Assembly: GCA_023213235.1 (NCBI GenBank)
Contig: CP096137.1
Span: 71,587-135,586, forward strand
DNA length: 64,000 nt
DNA from: Elusimicrobiota bacterium
GTDB lineage: Bacteria > Elusimicrobiota > Elusimicrobia > UBA1565 > UBA9628
Reading direction: 5' to 3'
The position numbers were made by a program, and so were the translations under genes. This document shows positions 58,631 through 64,000 of this stretch, piece after piece. Positions within the stretch are counted from its first letter, which is position 1, and each line of letters starts with the position of its first letter. The notes beneath the pieces were generated by a model. It did not search any database. It had not been told where the DNA came from and saw nothing but the letters and a program-made list of their open reading frames with translations.

Positions 58631-59796
58631 ACGACAAGGACCTCGGTTTCTCGACGCGCGCCGTGCACGCGGGCCAGCAGCCCGATCCCTCGACGGGCGC
58701 GATCATGACGCCGGTCTACCTCACCTCGACCTACGTCCAGGAGTGGCCCGACAAGCATAAGGGCTACGACTACGCGCGCACGGTGCATCCCACGCGCGAT
58801 GCCCTGCAGAAGAATCTGGCGTCCCTGGAAGGCGCCGCCTTCGGTCTGTGCTTCGGCTCCGGCATGGCCGCGACGTCGACGATCATCGAGGCGTTGAACC
58901 CCGGCGACCACGTGGTCTGCGGCAACGATCTCTACGGCGGCAGCTACCGCGTGTTCACCAAGGTGTTCGCCCGCTTCGGAGTGAAGTTCACGTTCGTCGA
59001 CTCGACGGACCTCAAGGCCGTGGAGGCGGCGTTCACGTCCGCCACCAAGCTCGTCTGGATCGAGTCCCCGTCGAATCCTCTCCTGCGCATCACCGACATC
59101 CGCGCGATCTCCAAGCTCGCCCATTCGAAGAAGGCCAAGGTCGTCGTGGATAACACGTTCGCCTCGCCGGCGCTGCAGCGTCCGCTTGAACTCGGCGCCG
59201 ACGTGGTCGTGCACTCGACGACGAAGTACATCGGCGGCCACAGCGACGTCGTCGGCGGCGCGATCCTGACGAGCGACGAGGCCCTGCACAAGGAGTACAA
59301 GTTCCTTCAGAACGCCGTCGGCGCCGTGCCCGGCCCGCTCGACTGCTTCCTGCTGCTGCGCAGCACGAAGACGCTCGCGCTGCGCGTTCAGCGCCACTGC
59401 GAGAACGCGGCCGTCGTCGCCAAGCACCTGCTCGCCCACCCCGAGGTCGCCAAGGTGCACTACCCGGGCCTGCCCCAGCACCCGGGACACGAGATCGCGA
59501 AGGCTCAGATGTCGGGTTTCGGCGGGATGATCTCGCTGGAGCTCAAGGGCGACCTCGAGCGCGCCAAGCGCATGATCTCCTCGTGCAGGATCTTTTCGCT
59601 CGCCGAGAGCCTCGGCGGCGTGGAGTCTTTGATCAGCCACCCCGCGTCGATGACGCACGGCAGCATCCCGCGCGAGGAGCGCCTGAAGGCCGGCCTGCAG
59701 GACGGCCTCATCCGCCTCTCCGTCGGCGTCGAGGACGCGAAGGACCTGATCGCGGACCTCGACTCGGCCCTGACGAAAAGCCTGACGGCGAAGTAG
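58627..59796 (+). CDS. Cys/Met-metabolism PLP enzyme (cystathionine gamma-lyase / gamma-synthase family).
   Basis: ORF 58600..59796. In-frame ATGs lie at 58600, 58618 and 58627, and I prefer 58627 on promoter geometry. ..FSTRAVHAGQ..SNPLLRITDI..VVHSTTKYIGGHSDV (PLP lysine)..ESLISHPASMTH. Confidence 0.85.
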   Translation: MDDKDLGFSTRAVHAGQQPDPSTGAIMTPVYLTSTYVQEWPDKHKGYDYARTVHPTRDALQKNLASLEGAAFGLCFGSGMAATSTIIEALNPGDHVVCGNDLYGGSYRVFTKVFARFGVKFTFVDSTDLKAVEAAFTSATKLVWIESPSNPLLRITDIRAISKLAHSKKAKVVVDNTFASPALQRPLELGADVVVHSTTKYIGGHSDVVGGAILTSDEALHKEYKFLQNAVGAVPGPLDCFLLLRSTKTLALRVQRHCENAAVVAKHLLAHPEVAKVHYPGLPQHPGHEIAKAQMSGFGGMISLELKGDLERAKRMISSCRIFSLAESLGGVESLISHPASMTHGSIPREERLKAGLQDGLIRLSVGVEDAKDLIADLDSALTKSLTAK

Positions 59797-60713
59797 CTAC
59801 CAGCTCCCAGACGCCCCGCCGCCGCCGAAAGACCCGCCGCCGCCGGAGAAGCCGCCCCCGCCGCCCGACGACCAGCCGCCGCCTCCGCCTCCGCCCGAGT
59901 CGTGGGTGGAATACAGGAAGGTCTTGCCCCAGTACACCTTCTTCTTGCGGATCACGATCTTGCGCCCCCAGTCCGTGTTCGAGAGGAGGTACTTGAGCAC
60001 CGGGACGCCGAAGAGATGGAGGAGGATCGCGGGGACCGCGTGCTCGGCTCCGATGGTCATGGCGCAGACGAGCAGCCAGCCCGGGATGAGCATGAAATAC
60101 ATTCCCAGCTGGTCCGGCTCGATGATCGCGCGGACCTCCATGAAGAGGACCATCCAGATGATGAACAGCATCCCGAGCCAGGACTTCACGCCTTCCCAGG
60201 GTCCCTCGTCGAAGTGCGTGCGCCACGGGGCGCGCGGCCCGGGCACGGAGTAAGTTCCCGCCGCGGAAGCGAGGATCGCGTCGACGCCCGCGTTCACGCC
60301 GCCCGAAAAATCACCCGCGCGCAAGCGCGGGGCCATCTCGTCCGAGATGATGCGCCCGGCCAGCGCATCGGGCAGCGCGCCCTCGAGCCCGTGGCCGACC
60401 TCGATGCGGACCCGGCGGTCGTCCTTGCTGATGAGCAGGAGGACGCCGTCGTTGACGCCCTTGCGGCCGAGGCCCCACGCGCGCGCGACCTTCAGCGAGT
60501 AGGCCTCGAGGTTCTCGCCCTGAAGCGACGGGATGATGAGCACGGCGACCTGCCGGCCGGTCTTCGCCTCGTCGGCGGCGAGCTTGGCCGTGAGGTCGTC
60601 GGCCTGGGTGGCGGTGAGAAGCCCGTGGCCGTCGACGACGCGCGCGGCGGGGGGACGTCGAGCGCGGTCGCCGGGGCCGCGGCGAGGAGGACGGCCGCTA
60701 CCAGCTTCCGGAT
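59797..60713 (-). CDS. TPM-domain protein (YgcG-like) with TM segments and a Gly-rich C-terminal tail, copy B. There is a frame break at the G6 run 60649-60654, and the start is uncertain.
   Basis: C-terminal third of composite ORF 59797..62283: ..VVDGHGLLTATQADDLTAKLAADEAKTGRQVAVLIIPSL..GVLLLISKDDRRVRIEVGHGLEG..GGGGGFSGGGGSFGGGGASGSW*. The signal-peptide-like ..RKLVAAVLLAAAPATALDVPP is in another frame and lacks a clear ATG/GTG. Confidence 0.65.
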
Positions 60714-61629
60714 GAGCCGCCCCCGCCGAAGGATCCGCCGCCGCCGGAGAAGCCGCCTCCTCCTCCCGACGACCAGCCCGAGGACGAGGAGCCGCCCGAC
60801 GTCTGCGTGAACAGCAGCGAGTCGCCGTAGTAGGTCTTGTTCCCGACCGTCCGGAACTTCTTGCCGAACGCGGTGTGGGGAGAAGGCTCTTCACCATCGG
60901 GAAGCCGATCAGGTGCGTCAGCAGGCAGCCCATCCCGATCTTGGCGCCCCAGATCGCCATCGGGAAGGCGGCCCAGAACGGGATCAGGAAGAAGTAGAGG
61001 AACCAACCCATGCCCGGGGTCAGCACGCCGATGATCTCGAAGAGGCCGAGGATGCCGAAGACGAAGGCGCTGATGAGCAGGCGCTCGAGGATGCTGTCGC
61101 CGAGGCCGTTGAAATTCTCCTTGTTGCCCTCGAACGGCGAGGACGGCGCGGGAGGCGGGGTGTAGGCGCCCTCGCCGGCGGCCATGATCGCCTCGGCGCC
61201 CGCGATGACGCCGCCCTCGAAGTCGCCGGCGCGGAAGCGCGGCACGACCTCGTTCGAGATGATGCGTCCGGCGAGCGCGTCCGGGATCGAGCCCTCGAGC
61301 CCGTGGCCGACCTCGATGCGCAGCTTGCGGTCGGCCTTGCTGACGAGGAAGAGGACGCCGTCGTTGACGCCCTTGCGGCCGAGCTTCCACGTGCGGGCGA
61401 CCTCGAGCGAGAACTCCTCGAGGGACTCGCCCTCGAGCGAGGGGATCGTCAGCAGCACGACTTGATGGCCGGTCTTCGCCTCGTACTGCTTGAGCTTGGC
61501 GTCGAGGGTGTCGGCGGCCTGGGGAGACAGCAGCCCGGCCTGGTCGTTGACGCGCCCGCCGAGGTACGGGACCTCGAGGGCCGCCGCGGGCGCGCAGAGA
61601 ACGAGCGCGAGGGCGAGGGCGCGCGTCAT
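60698..61629 (-). CDS. TPM-domain protein (YgcG-like), copy A, with a frame break at the run 60877-60880.
   Basis: MTRALALALVLCAPAAALEVPYLGGRVNDQAGLLSPQAADTLDAKLKQYEAKTGHQVVLLTIPSL..GVLFLVSKADRKLRIEVGHGLEG... After one added base it reads ..MVKSLLPHTAFGKKFRTVGNKTYYGDSLLFTQTSGGSSSSGWSSGGGGGFSGGGGSFGGGGSSGSW*. Confidence 0.75.
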
Positions 61630-62264
61630 CGCCCGTGCCCCGTCAGCGGGTCGTCGCCGAGTTCGTTGGCGTCGGATGCGCCGCCGGAGAAGCCGGCGGC
61701 CTTCAGGGTCGCCGAGACGCTCGCGATCGCCGCGCACAACCCGCCCGGCACGTCGCCCTTGGCGGCGAGCGTCGTCATCGCCGCGGCCGCCTCGTCCCAC
61801 TTCGAATCGGGTATCTTGCCGCGCACGCCCTCGTCGGCGAGCACGACGACCCGCCGCTCGAGCAGGCTCGCGAAGATCAGCACGCCGCGCCGGGTCGCGG
61901 CCCGCGCGACGCCGTGGTCGAAGAAGACCTCCTTCGCCCGCCGCTCGACGGCGGCCTTCATGCGGGTCCCTCCGATCAGCCCGCGCTTGAGCGGCGCGAA
62001 CCAGCGCCCGAGGAGGGCGCCCGCCAGGCCGGCGGCCGGGACCCACAGGATCTGCCGCGCCAACGGCTGCCACGGAGGCGCGTACACGTCGGCGAGGAAC
62101 AGGACCGCGACGGCGAGGCTCATGCCCACGCCCGCGCCCGCCCAGATCGACTCCGGGTAAGGGCTGCTCTGCGCGAACACGCAGGGCACGATCTCGGCGG
62201 CCAGCCCCGCCTCCGCCTTCTTCACGGCATCCTTCACCCGCTCCCGTTCTTGATCGGTCAGCAT
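61626..62264 (-). CDS. Membrane protein with a split TPM/DUF477-like domain.
   Basis: ORF 61626..62264: MLTDQERERVKDAVKKAEAGLAAEIVPCVF.., two TM segments, then ..RRGVLIFASLLERRVVVLADEGV... Confidence 0.55.
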   Translation of the reverse strand: MLTDQERERVKDAVKKAEAGLAAEIVPCVFAQSSPYPESIWAGAGVGMSLAVAVLFLADVYAPPWQPLARQILWVPAAGLAGALLGRWFAPLKRGLIGGTRMKAAVERRAKEVFFDHGVARAATRRGVLIFASLLERRVVVLADEGVRGKIPDSKWDEAAAAMTTLAAKGDVPGGLCAAIASVSATLKAAGFSGGASDANELGDDPLTGHGR

Positions 62265-62271
62265 GTCGTGA

Positions 62272-62300
62272 AGGATGCCTCATGGCGGCGACCCCGTCAA
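62272..62300 (-). promoter_or_regulatory. Candidate promoter of the TPM operon, abutting hairpin E3.
   Basis: Minus strand: TTGACG (62300-62295), 17 nt, CATCCT (62277-62272), 7 nt, ATG at 62264. Confidence 0.35.
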
Positions 62301-62384
62301 GGTGTCAGGCCTTGCACTCTTGCAAACTTGGCCGCTCCGTTCCGCATAAGACCGGAACTTTGCAAGAGTGCAAGGCCTGACACC
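62301..62384. repeat. Hairpin element E3 of the GGTGTCAGGCCT family: 26-bp perfect stem with a 32-nt loop.
   Basis: GGTGTCAGGCCTTGCACTCTTGCAAA (62301-62326) pairs exactly with 62359-62384. The loop is CTTGGCCGCTCCGTTCCGCATAAGACCGGAAC. Confidence 0.9.
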
Positions 62385-62394
62385 GAGAGGGGAC

Positions 62395-62403
62395 TGGTAT
62401 AAT
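62395..62403 (+). promoter_or_regulatory. Extended -10 promoter element of the ABC exporter operon, with leaderless geometry.
   Basis: TGGTATAAT, 7 nt, ATG at 62411. CTGACA (62377-62382, inside the E3 right terminus) lies 15 nt upstream. Confidence 0.5.
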
Positions 62404-62410
62404 CGACCGC

Positions 62411-63238
62411 ATGGCGGTGCTCGAGGCGCGCAATCTCTTCAAGCGGTATCCGAAGGCGAAGGTCAACGCCGTCGACGGGCTGTCGCTGTCGGTGGGGGAG
62501 GGGACGTGCTTCGGGCTGCTCGGGCCCAACGGGGCGGGCAAGACGACGACCGTCGAGATGATGATGGGCATCTCGCGGCCGGACAAGGGCGAGATCCTCT
62601 ATAGAGGAAAGCCGGCCGGCGCGGAGTTTCGCGAGCGCACGGGCATCCAGTTCCAGGACACCGCCCTGCAGGATCACTTGAAGGTCGGCGAGCTGCTCGA
62701 TCTCTTCGGAGCCCTGTACCCGCGGCGCCTGCCGACGGCCGAGCTCGCCAAGCTCTGCGATCTGGGCGAGCTGCTCGACAAGGACCCGGAGAAGCTGTCC
62801 GGCGGCCAGCGCCAGCGCGCGCTGCTGGCGCTCGCCCTCGTCAACGATCCCGACGTCGTCTTCCTCGACGAGCCGACGACCGGCCTCGACCCGCAGGCGC
62901 GGCGAAACTTCTGGGGCCTGGCGCGCTCGATCAAGGCGCGCGGCAAGACGTTGATCCTCACGACGCACTACATGGAGGAGGCCTACGCGCTGTGCGACGA
63001 GGTCGCGATCGTCGACCGGGGGCGCATCATCGCGCAGGGCCGGCCCGACGCGCTGCTCAAGGAGCACTTCGACGGCGTCACCATCGAGCTCGAGGGAGAA
63101 GAGATCATGACGAGCGACGTCGAGGCGACGCTCGACGAGCTGCGCCGGAAGGGGCGCAGCCTGGCGCACCTGCGCGTGCGTCCCCGCACGCTCGAGGACC
63201 TGTTCCTGCGGCTGACCGGCCGGGAGCTGCGCGAGTGA
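62411..63238 (+). CDS. ABC transporter ATP-binding protein (ABC-2 / DrrA-like exporter type).
   Basis: ORF 62411..63238. Walker A is GPNGAGKTT, the signature is LSGGQRQR, and Walker B is VVFLDEPTTGLD. Confidence 0.9.
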   Translation: MAVLEARNLFKRYPKAKVNAVDGLSLSVGEGTCFGLLGPNGAGKTTTVEMMMGISRPDKGEILYRGKPAGAEFRERTGIQFQDTALQDHLKVGELLDLFGALYPRRLPTAELAKLCDLGELLDKDPEKLSGGQRQRALLALALVNDPDVVFLDEPTTGLDPQARRNFWGLARSIKARGKTLILTTHYMEEAYALCDEVAIVDRGRIIAQGRPDALLKEHFDGVTIELEGEEIMTSDVEATLDELRRKGRSLAHLRVRPRTLEDLFLRLTGRELRE

Positions 63239-64000
63239 TCCGCCGCTTCTGGGCCGTCCTGATCGGACGCAACAAGGAATTCCTGCGCGACCGCGGCGCG
63301 CTGAGCTGGAATCTCCTGTTCCCGTTCTTCGTCGTCTTCGGCATGGCCTTCGCGTTCTCCGACAAGGGGCAGGACGTGTTCAAGGTCGGCGTCGCGGGCG
63401 AGGTGTCCGCCCTGCCGCCGGGCTTCGCGGCGACCAGGCATCTGAAGTTCGTCCCGATCTCGGACGAGGGCGAAGCCCTCGGCAAGCTGCGCCATCACCA
63501 GCTCGACATGCTCGTGCGCCCCGGCCGGCCGCTTTCCTACTGGGTCAACGAGAACGCCCCGAAGGGCTACCTCGTCGAGAAGATCATGCTCGGCACCGAC
63601 GCGGCCAAGCCCGCGCCGGAGCGCAAGGCCGTCGAGGGCAAGGCGATCCGCTACGTCGACTGGCTCGTCTCCGGCCTGCTCGGGATGAACATGATGTTCT
63701 CCGCCCTGTTCGGCGTGGGCTACAACCTCGTGCGCTACCGCAAGAACGGGGTCCTCAAGCGCCTGAAGGCGACGCCGCTGCGCGCCGCCGAGTTCCTGAC
63801 CGCGCAGATCGTCTCGCGCCTGATCCTGATCATGGGGGTGTTCACCGTGGTCTACCAGGGTTCGGACTTCTTCCTTCACTATCAGCGGCTCGGTTCCCTG
63901 CTCGACCTCTACCTGATCTTCGCGCTCGGCTCGGCGAGCATGATCGCGCTCGGCCTGCTCGTGGCCGCGCGCGTGACGAGCGAGGAGCTCGCGGGCGGCG
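63235..64000 (+). CDS. ABC-2 type transporter permease. It is partial, with the 3' end beyond the window.
   Basis: Not in the ORF track because it has no stop in the window. GTG at 63235 overlaps the ATPase stop (GTGA). My translation reads VIRRFWAVLIGRNKEFLRDRGALSWNLLFPFFVVFGMAFAF..VDWLVSGLLGMNMMFSALFGVGYNLVRYRKNGVLKRLKATPL... Confidence 0.8.
   Translation, partial: MIRRFWAVLIGRNKEFLRDRGALSWNLLFPFFVVFGMAFAFSDKGQDVFKVGVAGEVSALPPGFAATRHLKFVPISDEGEALGKLRHHQLDMLVRPGRPLSYWVNENAPKGYLVEKIMLGTDAAKPAPERKAVEGKAIRYVDWLVSGLLGMNMMFSALFGVGYNLVRYRKNGVLKRLKATPLRAAEFLTAQIVSRLILIMGVFTVVYQGSDFFLHYQRLGSLLDLYLIFALGSASMIALGLLVAARVTSEELAGG

Noticed and set aside
59797-62283. An 828-aa ORF spanning the whole TPM region.
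   Set aside because: Its first 218 residues are R/G/A/P-rich antisense-frame noise over gene 61626..62264. The rest is two paralogous TPM genes joined by frame breaks at 60877-60880 and 60649-60654.
2629-62384. The three shared-terminus elements as a dispersed CRISPR-like array.
   Set aside because: The copies are 47 kb and 12 kb apart, each is an inverted rather than a direct repeat, and there are no cas genes or leader in the window.

Overview
This is a 64-kb, high-GC (roughly 70% by eye, not computed) chromosomal segment of a diderm bacterium. The diderm call rests on a TonB-dependent receptor, the LPS-heptose genes gmhA/hldC, and an alpha-2-macroglobulin + pbpC pair. The window is almost entirely coding, with about 58 protein genes. 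I see no rRNA, tRNA, CRISPR array, transposase, integrase or phage genes.

Gene content, left to right:
- nadD-HD fusion (partial), DUF1015, a GT2 glycosyltransferase, dusB, a 2-hydroxyacid dehydrogenase and alpha-glucan phosphorylase.
- uvrD/pcrA, then gatC-TPR-gatA-nudix-gatB.
- A 1167-aa exported NHL / transglutaminase-like / TPR protein.
- A lower-GC islet with two secreted unknowns.
- A 12.7-kb, 15-gene minus-strand cluster running nagZ, HD-GYP, rsmI, tsaC, PTP, glyA, REC, MTAP, cdd, BCCP-like, accC, gmhA, hldC, with start/stop overlaps throughout.
- Two tandem cNMP-binding-domain proteins, then pbpC + alpha-2-macroglobulin.
- A hybrid histidine kinase + TonB receptor + PBP-like protein.
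- dnaX-recR-CBS, 2-oxoacid dehydrogenase E1 alpha/beta and a cystathionine gamma-lyase/synthase.
- Three TPM-domain proteins and an ABC-2 exporter (partial).

Four observations stand out:
1. Three intergenic, perfectly paired 26-31 bp hairpins (2629-2708, 49857-49934, 62301-62384) share an identical 12-nt outer stem, GGTGTCAGGCCT...AGGCCTGACACC. Their inner stems and loops are unrelated between copies but self-complementary within each copy. This is the best candidate for something undescribed.
2. About 29 single-base frame breaks occur, almost all in G/C homopolymers. They split or falsely fuse ORFs in the supplied track and look like assembly undercalls, not pseudogenes.
3. At about 17 first-gene starts a -10-like hexamer lies 6-8 nt upstream of the start codon, which is leaderless-mRNA geometry.
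4. A 0.95-kb lower-GC islet (19.4-20.4 kb) encodes a secreted 194-aa unknown and a secreted 8-cysteine micro-protein behind a 28-bp perfect palindrome.

All calls come from reading translations and sequence by eye. No database search was possible.
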